Part shown: piece after piece, positions 50,188 through 60,940 of the stretch | Layout: each line of letters opens with the position of its first letter | Numbering within the stretch: the first letter of the stretch is position 1 | Assembly: GCA_050298595.1 (NCBI GenBank) | Contig: JBNKUM010000024.1 | Location: 32,001-96,000 of the forward strand | Direction: 5' to 3' | Length of the DNA: 64,000 nucleotides | Source of the DNA: Gammaproteobacteria bacterium | Lineage (GTDB): Bacteria; Pseudomonadota; Gammaproteobacteria; GCA-001735895 | Position numbers and translations under genes: made by a program | The notes under the pieces: generated by a model | Seen by the model: the letters and a program-made list of their open reading frames with translations, nothing else | Database searches by the model: none | What the model was told of the DNA's origin: nothing

Positions 50188-51987
50188 GTGAATTCTGAAC
50201 AAGCTCATTATCAACCAGTCAGCTGGCAGAAAATCTTTCAACTTGCGCGTAGTCATAAAAAAAATCTTATCCTGGCGCATATCATCGCGATTTTTGCTGC
50301 GATGATTCTGGTGCCAGTGCCGATGCTGATGCCATTGCTGGTGGATGAAGTCCTGCTAAATAAGCCCGGCATCATTGTAGCAACACAAAAAATTATATTT
50401 CCTGAATCCTGGCATGGCCCTGCGTTATTTATTATCAGCATCATGCTGTTCACTATTTTACTACGCCTGATTGGTACCAGCTTATCGGTATGGCAAACGC
50501 GCGAATTCACGCTGGTTTCAAAAGATATTACTTACCAGTTACGAAGCAATCTATTACATCGCCTACAAACCATCTCAATGGCTGAGTACGAGGTTCTGGG
50601 TAGCGGAGCGGTTGCTTCACATCTGGTTACCGATATAGATACTATCGATCAGTTTATCGGTAGTGCTCTGAGTAAATTGCTGGTCGCGATTCTGCTAGTG
50701 ATCGGCATAGCGATTACACTGTTATGGATGCACTGGCAACTGGCTCTGTTTATTCTGATCATGAACCCTGTGGTGATTTACTTCACAACAGTCATGGGTA
50801 AAAAAGTTAAGGAATTAAAGAGGCACGAAAACTCGGCGGTGGAGTTATTTCAGCAATCACTCACCGAAACGCTGGATGCCATCCAGCAGATACGAGCCAG
50901 TAATCGTGAACGCCATTATCTGATGCGCGTGATCGACAAAGCACGTGCTGTGAAGGTTAATTCAGCCAGCTTCAACTGGAAAAGCGATGCCGCCAACCGA
51001 CTGTCTTTCTTTGTGTTTCTAATGGGCTTTGAGGTTTTTCGTGCAGTGAGCATGTTGATGGTGGTGTTTTCCAGTCTGAGTATTGGAGAGATGTTCGCGG
51101 TATACGCTTACCTGTGGTTTATGATGACGCCAGTACAGGAAATACTTGGTATACAATACAGCTATTATTCAGCCAATGCCGCGCTACAGAGACTCAATCG
51201 CATCCTGCAATTAAAACAGGAGCCAGTATATGCACATAAGATCAACCCGTTTGAACATCACAACACCGCCAGCCTGAAGATTGAAGATATCCATTTCGCC
51301 TATGGTAATGGTGACATAGTACTAGATGGGGTTTCGCTGGATATTCGTGCAGGAGAAAAAATTGCCCTGGTCGGTGCCAGCGGTGGTGGCAAATCTACCC
51401 TGGTTCAGGTCATTCTGGGGCTATACCCGCCTGCTCAGGGGCATATCTATTTCAACGATGTGCCAGTTGAGCAAATCGGCCTGGATATCGTCAGAGAGCA
51501 TATAGCCACCGTGCTGCAACACCCTGCGCTATTTAATGACACGATACGCAGCAATCTGACTATGGGCTTATCTCTGAGTGATGACAAGCTGTGGCAGGCG
51601 CTGGAAATTGCTCAGCTTAAAACCACTATAGACGAATTACCCGCCGGGCTAGATACCATCGTTGGTCGCAATGGCATACGTCTGTCTGGCGGTCAGCGTC
51701 AACGCCTGGCCATTGCGCGCATGATTTTAAACGACCCCAAAGTGGTGGTTCTGGATGAAGCGACTTCAGCACTGGATACCCAGACCGAAGAAAGGTTGCA
51801 CAGTGCCATGCAGGACTTTCTTAAGGGCAGAACCACGCTTATCATTGCTCATCGACTCAGTGCTATAAAACAGGCAGACAGGGCCTATGTGTTTGATGGT
51901 GGACAGGTCATAGACGAGGGGCATCACGAAGAGCTGGTGAACCGAGATGGTCTATATCAACAATTATACGGCGAAAGACAACAATAA
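50188..51987 (+). CDS. ABC exporter, fused TMD and NBD (MsbA/ABCB-like)
   Basis: About six TMs; GASGGGKST, LSGGQRQR, LDEATSALD, IAHRLS. Confidence 0.92.
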   Translation: MNSEQAHYQPVSWQKIFQLARSHKKNLILAHIIAIFAAMILVPVPMLMPLLVDEVLLNKPGIIVATQKIIFPESWHGPALFIISIMLFTILLRLIGTSLSVWQTREFTLVSKDITYQLRSNLLHRLQTISMAEYEVLGSGAVASHLVTDIDTIDQFIGSALSKLLVAILLVIGIAITLLWMHWQLALFILIMNPVVIYFTTVMGKKVKELKRHENSAVELFQQSLTETLDAIQQIRASNRERHYLMRVIDKARAVKVNSASFNWKSDAANRLSFFVFLMGFEVFRAVSMLMVVFSSLSIGEMFAVYAYLWFMMTPVQEILGIQYSYYSANAALQRLNRILQLKQEPVYAHKINPFEHHNTASLKIEDIHFAYGNGDIVLDGVSLDIRAGEKIALVGASGGGKSTLVQVILGLYPPAQGHIYFNDVPVEQIGLDIVREHIATVLQHPALFNDTIRSNLTMGLSLSDDKLWQALEIAQLKTTIDELPAGLDTIVGRNGIRLSGGQRQRLAIARMILNDPKVVVLDEATSALDTQTEERLHSAMQDFLKGRTTLIIAHRLSAIKQADRAYVFDGGQVIDEGHHEELVNRDGLYQQLYGERQQ

Positions 51988-52000
51988 AAGGACAGCAAGA

Positions 52001-52243
52001 ATGATCAGTTGCCAAACCCATGATTATATAGAAATTGCCTGCCTGTATGGTTTTCAGATCCGCCTACAATTAACTGATGGCTCAAGCCAGCAGGGCACAG
52101 CCATCACCACAGAAACAAGCTCAGACAAACGGGAATGGTTAATCCTCGAACAACCCACAGGCAAGATTCAGATTGATCTGATGCAGATCAAAAGCATGCA
52201 ATCTCTCACAGCCAATAGTCATTTTGAACTGATAAATTTCTAA
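52001..52243 (+). CDS. rof: Rho-binding antiterminator Rof (YaeO)
   Basis: ISCQTHDYIEIACLY...L.L.DG...NSHF pattern. Start moved to ATG 52001. Confidence 0.85.
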   Translation: MISCQTHDYIEIACLYGFQIRLQLTDGSSQQGTAITTETSSDKREWLILEQPTGKIQIDLMQIKSMQSLTANSHFELINF

Positions 52244-53364
52244 GTACAAAAATCACGAATTAAATCAAGCACCTTATCTAACTGATCGAATGGCGTGTAA
52301 AAGTGAGGAGACAGACGAATACCTCCCCCGCGTGGTGCGCACAGCACTGAATGATAAGTCAGCATTTTATATAACTCTGTATCCTGACTGTAGCGGTGAC
52401 CAAATGTCACAATCCCGGACAGGCGCTGCTCAGTGGTATCGGTGAATAAATCAATATCATCAATTGCTTTCAAGCCATCAATGAGATACCGCGTCCGGTC
52501 AAGTACTCTGTCACCAATTTCCTGCATGCCACTATCCAGCAATAGCTGGAGACTAGCATTCAAGGCATGTATACCCAGCATATTGGGGCTGCCACATTCA
52601 AAACGTCTGGCCGTTTTTTCGATTGCAAAATCCTGCTGACTGTAATCGCTGAGCTTCTCTGTCATATGCCAGCCATACTGACAAAGAGACAGCCTTTCAA
52701 GCACGTCATTGCGAACATAAAACAGTCCCAGCCCTTCAGGAGCCAGCATCCATTTATGTCCATCGGCTATTGCAAAATCAGCGCCTGTCGCCTGCACATC
52801 AAATGGTAATGCTCCTATCTGTTGAATCGCATCGACGCAAAACAGGATATTGTGATCCCGGCAAAATGAACCCACTTTTTCCAGATCCATGCGAAAGCCA
52901 TTATAGTATTGCACGGCACTGATCGAGATCAGCCTCGTTCGTACATCGCACAGGTCAAACAGGGCCTGTTCGGGATCATCCTGCCCCTGCATATCCAGTT
53001 TGCGAAACTCTACTCCTCTGGGTGCCAGCGAATCCCACACAAAGCGATTAGAGGGAAATTCCTGCTGGATTCCAACTACGTTATCACCCTCTTCCCAGTC
53101 CAGACCATAGGCGACCAGCGACAGACCTTCAGAGGTATTTTTTACCAGTGCGATTTCATCCACCGAACTCGCATTAATAAGCGTTTTAATATTTTCGCGC
53201 AGCTGGGTTTCAACCTCCAGCCACTTTAGATAATCCAGAGATCCCTGCCGTGCGTTTTCTTCAGCAAACTGCTTAAGCACATTGGCGGTTTGCTGGGGCC
53301 AGGGGCCAACCGCAGCATGATTGAGATGAATGAGGTTATCGATAACTGGAAATTGGCGATTCAT
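52240..53364 (-). CDS. Aminotransferase class V PLP enzyme
   Basis: HLNHAAVGP, NTSEGL, VDAIQ, DGHKW, RLSPHFY. Confidence 0.88.
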   Translation of the reverse strand: MNRQFPVIDNLIHLNHAAVGPWPQQTANVLKQFAEENARQGSLDYLKWLEVETQLRENIKTLINASSVDEIALVKNTSEGLSLVAYGLDWEEGDNVVGIQQEFPSNRFVWDSLAPRGVEFRKLDMQGQDDPEQALFDLCDVRTRLISISAVQYYNGFRMDLEKVGSFCRDHNILFCVDAIQQIGALPFDVQATGADFAIADGHKWMLAPEGLGLFYVRNDVLERLSLCQYGWHMTEKLSDYSQQDFAIEKTARRFECGSPNMLGIHALNASLQLLLDSGMQEIGDRVLDRTRYLIDGLKAIDDIDLFTDTTEQRLSGIVTFGHRYSQDTELYKMLTYHSVLCAPRGGGIRLSPHFYTPFDQLDKVLDLIRDFCT

Positions 53365-53466
53365 AATCTGACAGGGCTATTGTTAAAACGATGGAGAACT
53401 ATAACAGCTTTAAATTCAATGCTTCACCATAAAACCATGTAATCGTTTACTATTCGAAAACGAAGG

Positions 53467-54924
53467 CTACGATAAAAACCTTGAAGCGTTTATCAGCATA
53501 TGTGCATAGATACTGGCGGCATAACCCAGGGCAATCACCGGCATCCATTTCAAATGCCCGAAAAAGGTGTAATAGCCTCTGGCCTGCCCCATCAATGCGA
53601 CACCAGCCGCTGAACCGATTGACAACAGACTACCGCCAACACCAGCCGTCAGGGTAACCAGTAACCACTGTCCTTCTGCCATATCAGGATTCATCGTTAA
53701 CACGGCAAACATAACCGGAATATTATCAACAATGGCAGATAATAATCCGACCATCACGTTCGCGTTTGTAGCGCCCAGATCCATATACATGAATTCAGAA
53801 GCCAGCGCCAGATAACCGATTAAGCCCAGACCTCCAACGCATAAAATAACACCATAAAAGAAGAATAGAGTATCCCACTCGGCCAGTTTCACCTTGTTGA
53901 AGATATCAAAGTAATCATCAGTGGAAACATCATCCATTGCTTGAATGCCTGTTTCATGTTCAACAATATTGATATCCGCATAGTTTTTTCCATGCTTCTT
54001 CTTTTTCAGGTAATAACCAAAAAACATCAGGTAACTCAGTCCCGTCATCATCCCTGCTACAGGAGGAAGATGTACAAAATTGTGAAAGCTGACTGCAGTT
54101 ACAATGGTCAAAATAAACAGTACAACAATACCGACTGCACCCGGCTTCATGATTACTTTTTCATCTAGCGCGTCAGGTTTATCGTTGGATACGAAAAATG
54201 ACATGATCACTGCCGGTACTAAGAAGTTAACAACAGAAGGGAGAAACAGTACGAAGAAGGTACCGAAATCAATAATTCCTTTCTGCCATACCATCAGGGT
54301 TGTGATATCACCAAAGGGGCTAAAAGCCCCCCCTGCATTGGCCGCTACAACGATATTGATACAGGCTAACAGGATGAAGTTTTTATTGCCGACACCAACC
54401 GACAATACCACTGCACACATCAACAGGGCGGTAGTCAGATTATCGGCTATGGGTGAGATAAAGAATGCAAGAATACCGGTAATCCAGAACAGCTGGCGCA
54501 AGGTGAATCCCTTGGTAACCATCCAGGCTTTGAGTCGATCAAACACCAGCCTTTCTTCCATCGCGTTGATATAGGTCATCGCCACCAGCAGGAATAAAAA
54601 CAACTCTCCATACTCAAGGATGTTGTGTCGAATCGCAGTTTCAGCAGTATGGGTATCTCCATGTTGGCTATAGACGATAGCCAACAGCAGCCAGATCATG
54701 CCCGCAGCAAGAATGACCGGTTTAGATTTCCGTAAATGTATAAATTCTTCCATCATCACCAACGCATAGGCGGCAACAAAGATAATGATAGAGCTGATGC
54801 CGACCCAATGATGAGTCAGGTCGAGCTTCTCGCCGCTAGCTGACGACGCAATACTGACAGCGGGAATGAACAGGCCTGCGAATAATGCACACAGGGACCA
54901 GAATGAGGCTAGTCTGAACTTCAT
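53467..54924 (-). CDS. nhaD: Na+/H+ antiporter NhaD
   Basis: LRKSKPV, LFLLVAMTYINAM, SPIADNLTTAL, AFSPFGDITTLMVW, SAIVDNIP. Confidence 0.92.
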   Translation of the reverse strand: MKFRLASFWSLCALFAGLFIPAVSIASSASGEKLDLTHHWVGISSIIIFVAAYALVMMEEFIHLRKSKPVILAAGMIWLLLAIVYSQHGDTHTAETAIRHNILEYGELFLFLLVAMTYINAMEERLVFDRLKAWMVTKGFTLRQLFWITGILAFFISPIADNLTTALLMCAVVLSVGVGNKNFILLACINIVVAANAGGAFSPFGDITTLMVWQKGIIDFGTFFVLFLPSVVNFLVPAVIMSFFVSNDKPDALDEKVIMKPGAVGIVVLFILTIVTAVSFHNFVHLPPVAGMMTGLSYLMFFGYYLKKKKHGKNYADINIVEHETGIQAMDDVSTDDYFDIFNKVKLAEWDTLFFFYGVILCVGGLGLIGYLALASEFMYMDLGATNANVMVGLLSAIVDNIPVMFAVLTMNPDMAEGQWLLVTLTAGVGGSLLSIGSAAGVALMGQARGYYTFFGHLKWMPVIALGYAASIYAHMLINASRFLS

Positions 54925-55074
54925 TGTTTCTCCTTAGATTTCAAATACCGCTAAGCACGGGTATTGAGAATTAATATCTAGATGAGCTATTTATCAGATA
55001 AATACTCGTTAGTAATCAGTTAAAAATTCTATAGTTGTTATAGAGAGAGCCTCTATTACATTAATGCTTTGGCA

Positions 55075-56028
55075 TCAATCCAGTACACCACTAGCCTGTA
55101 TGTCGGCATGATAGGATGAACGTACCATAGGCCCACTGGCAACCTGATCAAATCCAATCTCATAGGCGAAGGATTCAAGTTGTTTAAATTCATCCGGAGT
55201 CACGTAGCGATCCACCGCCAGGTGATCGCGACTGGGTTGTAGATATTGCCCCAGGGTCAGCATGTTAACATCATGAGCACGTAAATCACGCAACAGTTGC
55301 TCAACCTCCTGCATTTCTTCGCCCAGCCCAAGCATAATGCCGGATTTTGTGGGTATATCTGGATGTTGTTGCTTAAAGTTCTTAAGTAAATCCAGCGACC
55401 ATTGATAATCTGCACCGGGTCGGATTTTTTTATATAACCGGGGTACCGATTCCAGATTATGGTTGAAAACATCGGGTAATGACTGACTGAGTATATCCAG
55501 AGCGATTTGCATGCGTCCGCGAAAATCCGGTGTCAGGATTTCGATCTGAATATCAGGATTGAGCTGACGTGTTTGCTCAATGCAATCAACAAAATGCTGA
55601 GCACCTCCATCACGCAGGTCATCCCGGTCTACCGAGGTCAGCACCACATAACGCAACTTCATATTCTGAATGGTTTTAGCCACGTTATAGGGTTCATCCT
55701 TGTTTAACGGGTTGGGACGCCCATGCCCTACATCGCAGAAAGGGCAACGTCGCGTGCAGATATCACCCATAATCATAAAGGTCGCCGTACCCTTAGAAAA
55801 ACACTCACCCAGATTAGGGCAGGCTGCCTCTTCGCATACGGTATACAGATTATTTTCACGCAGGGTGCTTTTCAACTGCCTGACGGTTTCACTGGTAGGC
55901 GCTTTGGCTCGAATCCAGGACGGTTTGCGTGCCAATGTTTGTGCGGGCACCACTTTGATTGGAATGCCTGCAACCTTGTCGGCACCCTTGAGTTTCACAC
56001 CCTGCACTATTTTTTTATTTTTGCTCAT
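55075..56028 (-). CDS. lipA: Lipoyl synthase
   Basis: [27 protein letters not shown]. Confidence 0.97.
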   Translation of the reverse strand: MSKNKKIVQGVKLKGADKVAGIPIKVVPAQTLARKPSWIRAKAPTSETVRQLKSTLRENNLYTVCEEAACPNLGECFSKGTATFMIMGDICTRRCPFCDVGHGRPNPLNKDEPYNVAKTIQNMKLRYVVLTSVDRDDLRDGGAQHFVDCIEQTRQLNPDIQIEILTPDFRGRMQIALDILSQSLPDVFNHNLESVPRLYKKIRPGADYQWSLDLLKNFKQQHPDIPTKSGIMLGLGEEMQEVEQLLRDLRAHDVNMLTLGQYLQPSRDHLAVDRYVTPDEFKQLESFAYEIGFDQVASGPMVRSSYHADIQASGVLD

Positions 56029-56641
56029 AACCTATGGTTTCGAATAATTGCGAACATAACTGCTGCTCTACCTGCTGCCGAGAAAACTCAGGTACCAGGT
56101 CGACCAGTTGAATAACCGGTAAATCTTTATAGCCGCAGGGATCTATGCCGGAGAAGGGCGTCAGATCCATATCCAGATTCAGACTCAGTCCATGATAGCA
56201 ACAGGCCTTACGAACACGTAGGCCCAGTGCGGCGATCTTGGCAACGCCCACATACACACCGGGGGCGTCCCTACGCGCATGAGCATCGATGTCGTAGCCC
56301 TGTAAGAAGTTCACCACGCCCTGCTCCAGGCTCATCACCAGTGAGCGAATACCTATGCCCAGCCGATTCAGATCGAGCAGAAAATACACGATTAACTGGC
56401 CCGGACCGTGGTAGGTGACCTGGCCGCCCCTGTCCACCTTCACCACAGGAATATTTCCTGTGTTAAGCACATGCTCTTTGCGGCCATTTAAGCCCAGGGT
56501 ATACACCGGATTATGTTCGGTTAACCAGAACTCGTCTCGTGTTTCAGCATCGCGTTGCTCGGTAAACTGTTTCATCGCCTGCCATACCGGTTCGTAATCG
56601 GTACGCCCCAGATGCTGGATATTGGGTAACTGCAAGGACAC
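56015..56641 (-). CDS. lipB: Octanoyltransferase
   Basis: [31 protein letters not shown]. Confidence 0.96.
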   Translation of the reverse strand: MSLQLPNIQHLGRTDYEPVWQAMKQFTEQRDAETRDEFWLTEHNPVYTLGLNGRKEHVLNTGNIPVVKVDRGGQVTYHGPGQLIVYFLLDLNRLGIGIRSLVMSLEQGVVNFLQGYDIDAHARRDAPGVYVGVAKIAALGLRVRKACCYHGLSLNLDMDLTPFSGIDPCGYKDLPVIQLVDLVPEFSRQQVEQQLCSQLFETIGYEQK

Positions 56642-56651
56642 GGCTAAACCG

Positions 56652-56939
56652 TTATAAGGACATCACGACATGCTCACTGGCAGTCAATGAGTAATAGATA
56701 TCATCCAGTTGTTGACGACTATGAGCGGTAAAAGTAATGGTCAGAGATTGATATTTACCCTTAGAACTTTGATTTCGATGCACGCTGAACTCAGTAGATT
56801 CTGGACAATGCGCAGCAACCAGCTCCAGCACTATGCCTTCGAAAGACTCGTTATTCAAACCGAAAACCTTAAGTGGAAACTCGCAGGGGAATTCTAGCAG
56901 CTCGCTTAAATCCTGATCTGAAGATAGATCCTGAGTCAT
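56652..56939 (-). CDS. ybeD: YbeD / DUF493 protein
   Basis: LEFPCEFPLKVFG, SSKGKYQS, QLDDIY; between dat and lipB. Confidence 0.9.
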   Translation of the reverse strand: MTQDLSSDQDLSELLEFPCEFPLKVFGLNNESFEGIVLELVAAHCPESTEFSVHRNQSSKGKYQSLTITFTAHSRQQLDDIYYSLTASEHVVMSL

Positions 56940-56942
56940 CTA

Positions 56943-57800
56943 TTAACCTCGCATGACTGATTTTTTAAAATCCTGATACAGATCGATCAACTGCATCCAC
57001 ATAGGACCTGGAACACCCTTACCTACCTTATGCTGATTCAGGGTAGTTACCGGCATGATTTCACGCGTAGAAGAAGTCATCCAGATTTCATCTGCATCGT
57101 GTAATTTATCTTCGCTAACCGGCATTTCACGCACCAGAATTTTATTTTTGTTGCAGATTTCTATGATCAGTTCACGCGTGATACCACCCAGCATATAACG
57201 TGTTTGGGGTGGGGTTAAGATCACTTCGTCCTTAATCACAAACAGGTTGCTGGAGGTGCCTTCTACAGCCAGATTGTCACGTATCAGAATGGCCTCCTGA
57301 GCACCCGCATCAACCGCCTGTTGTCTCAATAGCACATTGGGCAAAAGATTGATGGACTTGATGTAGCAATTCATCCAGCGATTATCATCCAGAGTGATCG
57401 CTCTAATCCCCTTCGTATCCTTATTTTGCGAGGGATAGTCCAGGGCCTGACACATCACCAGCACGGTGGGCTTCATATCACGATCATAGGCCTGATCTCG
57501 AACCTGCATAACACCACGCGTAATTTGCAGATAAATAAAGCCATCACCCTGATGGATATTATTTTCAATCAAAGAGCTGAATATTTCGGGCATTGCGTTT
57601 TCACACTCAGCGCAAGACATATCTACTGCTTGCAGACTGCGTTGCAGACGTTGCAAATGCTCATCCACACGGAAAACCTTTCCGCTATAAACCGGCAAAA
57701 CTTCATACACCCCATCACCGAACATAAAGCCTCGATCCAGCACTGGAATACAGGCTGTTTCGGCTGGTACATAATTTCCATTTAAATAAACTAGATCCAT
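56943..57800 (-). CDS. dat: D-amino acid aminotransferase (PLP fold IV)
   Basis: DRGFMFGDGVYEV, YLQITRG, IKSINLLPNVL, EGTSSNLF. Start moved to ATG 57800 (MDLVYLNG). Confidence 0.82.
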   Translation of the reverse strand: MDLVYLNGNYVPAETACIPVLDRGFMFGDGVYEVLPVYSGKVFRVDEHLQRLQRSLQAVDMSCAECENAMPEIFSSLIENNIHQGDGFIYLQITRGVMQVRDQAYDRDMKPTVLVMCQALDYPSQNKDTKGIRAITLDDNRWMNCYIKSINLLPNVLLRQQAVDAGAQEAILIRDNLAVEGTSSNLFVIKDEVILTPPQTRYMLGGITRELIIEICNKNKILVREMPVSEDKLHDADEIWMTSSTREIMPVTTLNQHKVGKGVPGPMWMQLIDLYQDFKKSVMRG

Positions 57801-57816
57801 ATAAGTGTCCTGTGAC

Positions 57817-58956
57817 CTATTCAAAAAGTAGTTTGATGCTATCGATAGCTTTCTGCACGATACCACCATCATTAACCGCCTGCATAGCCACCAGCGGTTG
57901 AGAAATGATGACTTCGTCATCCAGCTTAACCTTTAACATTCCAAGTTCCTGACCCAACGCTATCGGCGCAGAGATACGTTGATCAATTTCTATAGAAGCA
58001 TCCAGGTTCTTATAGCGTCCACGCGCTATAGTGACAAATACATCCTGTTGCACACCCAGAGAAACCTGCTCCTGGTCGCCATACCAGACGCGCGCCTGAT
58101 TGAGTACGTCATTGGTACGATACAGTTTCTGGGTTTCAAAGAACCTAAAACCGTAGTTTAGCAGTGTCTGGCTATTCTGCGTGCGCGCTTTATCCGAATC
58201 GGTGCCCAGTACCACGGATATCAGACGCATATCGTCGCGCTTGGCTGAACTTGCCAGACAGTACCCAGCGGCTTCGGTATGCCCGGTTTTCAGCCCATCT
58301 ACCGATTCATCGCGCCACAGTAAACGGTTGCGATTGAACTGGCGAATATCATTGAAGGTATATTCCTTCTCGCGGTAAAAAAGATAGGTTTCAGGGAAAT
58401 CACGAATAATCGCCTGACTCAATAATGCGATATCGCGCGCTGTACTGTAATGCTCTTTATGTGGCCAACCTGTGGAATTCTGAAAGTGACTATTTTTCAT
58501 GCCCAGTAAAGCAGCCTGATGATTCATATACTCAACAAACGCCTGTTCAGAACCAGCAATATGCTCTGCCAGCGCTACCGTAGCATCATTGCCCGACTGG
58601 ATGATCATACCCTTCATTAATTTTTCTACCGATACCTTCTTACCCACTTCGATAAACATTTTGGACCCCTTCATGCGCCAGGCCTTCTCACTTATCGTCA
58701 CCATATCGGTCATATTGATGTCACCCGATGCCAATGCCTTATCCACCAGATAGGCAGTCATGAGCTTGGTGATACTGGCGGGTTCTACACGTTTATCAGG
58801 GTCTTTCTCTGCCAACACCTTACTACTGGCAAAATCCATCAGGATAAAACTATCCGCTGCCAGCTCAGGCGCCTGAGGAACAGGTTTTACTGCTGCGAAC
58901 AGGGGCTGACTTAGGAACCATAAAAGTGAAACAAACAGGAGTTGAAAAATATTCAT
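57817..58956 (-). CDS. dacA: D-alanyl-D-alanine carboxypeptidase (PBP5/6)
   Basis: SxxK (ASITK), SGN and KTG motifs. Confidence 0.92.
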   Translation of the reverse strand: MNIFQLLFVSLLWFLSQPLFAAVKPVPQAPELAADSFILMDFASSKVLAEKDPDKRVEPASITKLMTAYLVDKALASGDINMTDMVTISEKAWRMKGSKMFIEVGKKVSVEKLMKGMIIQSGNDATVALAEHIAGSEQAFVEYMNHQAALLGMKNSHFQNSTGWPHKEHYSTARDIALLSQAIIRDFPETYLFYREKEYTFNDIRQFNRNRLLWRDESVDGLKTGHTEAAGYCLASSAKRDDMRLISVVLGTDSDKARTQNSQTLLNYGFRFFETQKLYRTNDVLNQARVWYGDQEQVSLGVQQDVFVTIARGRYKNLDASIEIDQRISAPIALGQELGMLKVKLDDEVIISQPLVAMQAVNDGGIVQKAIDSIKLLFE

Positions 58957-59088
58957 AGAGGAAAGATAACTAAACCGGTTGCGTGCTAAATTAAAAGAAT
59001 AGATTGTACCTTAGCTGGGTAGAAAATTAACCCCCTGCCCGGCATGCTATTAAGGAATGAGGAATAATATACTTACACTGACAGTAGA

Positions 59089-59889
59089 TTAATTCTCACC
59101 CACCACAATCCTGACGTTTTGATAGCCTTTGCGCAACAATCGTTTCTGCACAGACTCGGCTTCAGTAACATCCAGCAAAGGCCCAAGTCGTACACGATAA
59201 AATGTGCCCGAGCCAGTATCAATAGAAGATATTAAAATTGCCTGTTCATTCTGCGCTTTCAACTGGTTACGCATATTAATCGCATTAACTTCACTACCAA
59301 AGGAGCCCAACTGCAGAAAGATTTCTCCTGCGCTATCCTCAAGTGTGGCCGTTTGTAGCGGAATAGCTCGAACCGGAGGCCGTGGTTCGGTAGCGGCGGA
59401 TTTATGATCAGTGGCAGATAGCGCAGTAATCTCTACCTCGGCAGTGCCTGGCCCGATTACACCCAGTTGTTTAGCGGCAGCCTGGGACAAATCGATAATA
59501 CGATCATTAACGAACGGCCCCCTGTCGTTGACCTTAACCACTACAGTCTTTCCATTAGCTAGATTTTTAACACGTACCATAGTCGGTAATGGCAGGGTTT
59601 TATGTGCTGCCGTCATCGCATGCATATTATAGGTTTCACCACTGGAGGTTCTTTTACCGTGAAAGTCTGGACCATACCATGAAGCCGTGCCACGCTGTAC
59701 AAAGCCCCTCGCTGACTGCATCACGAAATAGCGTTTTCCAAATACCACATAAGAGCCAGGGTTTCCATGTTTCGATTTTCCTGTACTATCTAGCTCGATA
59801 CTGTCAGATCCAGGGCTGTCTCCCATCGGCACGCCAAAGGTACAGCCAGATAGAATAACTAAAGCTATCAGAAGAGCCAGTAAACGCAT
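59089..59889 (-). CDS. rlpA: Septal ring lytic transglycosylase RlpA (DPBB and SPOR)
   Basis: Lipobox LSGC, ASWYG, TAAHKTLP, NDRGPF, and SPOR domain (LQLGSF, YRVRLGP). Confidence 0.94.
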   Translation of the reverse strand: MRLLALLIALVILSGCTFGVPMGDSPGSDSIELDSTGKSKHGNPGSYVVFGKRYFVMQSARGFVQRGTASWYGPDFHGKRTSSGETYNMHAMTAAHKTLPLPTMVRVKNLANGKTVVVKVNDRGPFVNDRIIDLSQAAAKQLGVIGPGTAEVEITALSATDHKSAATEPRPPVRAIPLQTATLEDSAGEIFLQLGSFGSEVNAINMRNQLKAQNEQAILISSIDTGSGTFYRVRLGPLLDVTEAESVQKRLLRKGYQNVRIVVGEN

Positions 59890-59891
59890 AC

Positions 59892-60875
59892 TTACTCTAC
59901 GCCCTGCTTCAGTTTCTGACTGAGTTGATAAACCGCCATAGCGTATAAAGGGGAATGGTTATAACGGGTAATCACATAAAAATTCTGTAACCCTGCCCAA
60001 TACTCAGCATGATCTTGCTGTTCAAACTTTAATAGTGCAACCTTCAGATCATCGTCCAGCGGGGTTTTACTTTTAAACCCAACGGCTGTTAAATCCTTCC
60101 AGTATTGATTGGGTTTCATTGCTGGCTCTATATCTATTTTTGAATTTTTCTGCTGTAAGCTGATGGGATAGGCAATCGGCTGTCCTTCAACCCAACCGTG
60201 CTTTTTAAAGTAATTGGCGACACTTGTCAGAATATCCGGCAGGCTTTCAAACAGGTTCGCTTTGGCATCGCCGTCACCATCCAGCGCAAAGTTTCTATAA
60301 CTGGACGCGATAAATTGCGGCATACCCATAGCGCCTGCATAGGAACCCATGACAGCACGAGTATCCAGACCATTCTCTTTACTCAGGATCAGAAACTGTT
60401 CCAGTTCACGGGTAAAAAACTCGGCGCGCTTGGGGTAATCGAAGGCAAAAGTAACCAGGGTATCAAACACGGGTGATTTTCCTTTATAAACTCCGTAAAA
60501 GGTTTCTACACCGACAATAGCAATGATAATTTCAGCTGGAACCTTAAAAGTTTTTTCGATCTGACTGATTAATTCTCGATTCTCTTTCCAGAACTGAATC
60601 CCCGCATTGATGCGCTTATCTGTCAGGAAGATATTTCGATACTGGTGCCATTCCAGTTTTTCTGCCGGCCGGTCCATAAGCTCGAACAGCTCTCGCTGAT
60701 TTTTGACCTGAGAAAACAGCTCAATCAACTCGGCCTCGCTATATTCACTAGTGGCAGCCATCTTGCGGATAAAGTCCTCAACATCAGTACGATAGCGGTA
60801 ATCGCCTTTATTTAGTTTTGCGGCCTGTAGCGACAATGGCAACAAAAGTATCGATAACAGTAAAACTCTTAACAT
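59892..60875 (-). CDS. mltB: Lytic murein transglycosylase B
   Basis: IVGVETFYG, GSYAGAMGMPQF, SVANYF, ITRYNHSPLYA. Confidence 0.94.
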   Translation of the reverse strand: MLRVLLLSILLLPLSLQAAKLNKGDYRYRTDVEDFIRKMAATSEYSEAELIELFSQVKNQRELFELMDRPAEKLEWHQYRNIFLTDKRINAGIQFWKENRELISQIEKTFKVPAEIIIAIVGVETFYGVYKGKSPVFDTLVTFAFDYPKRAEFFTRELEQFLILSKENGLDTRAVMGSYAGAMGMPQFIASSYRNFALDGDGDAKANLFESLPDILTSVANYFKKHGWVEGQPIAYPISLQQKNSKIDIEPAMKPNQYWKDLTAVGFKSKTPLDDDLKVALLKFEQQDHAEYWAGLQNFYVITRYNHSPLYAMAVYQLSQKLKQGVE

Positions 60876-60940
60876 TCTGGCTCCTTTGGGCCCAGTTTAT
60901 ATATGGAAATTCCTGTCGGAAAATCCCTATTGAAAAATTT

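Noticed and set aside
51947-52243. rof downstream of an ABC exporter as a novel antitermination system
   Set aside because: Only adjacency supports it; Rof is a known stand-alone Rho inhibitor.
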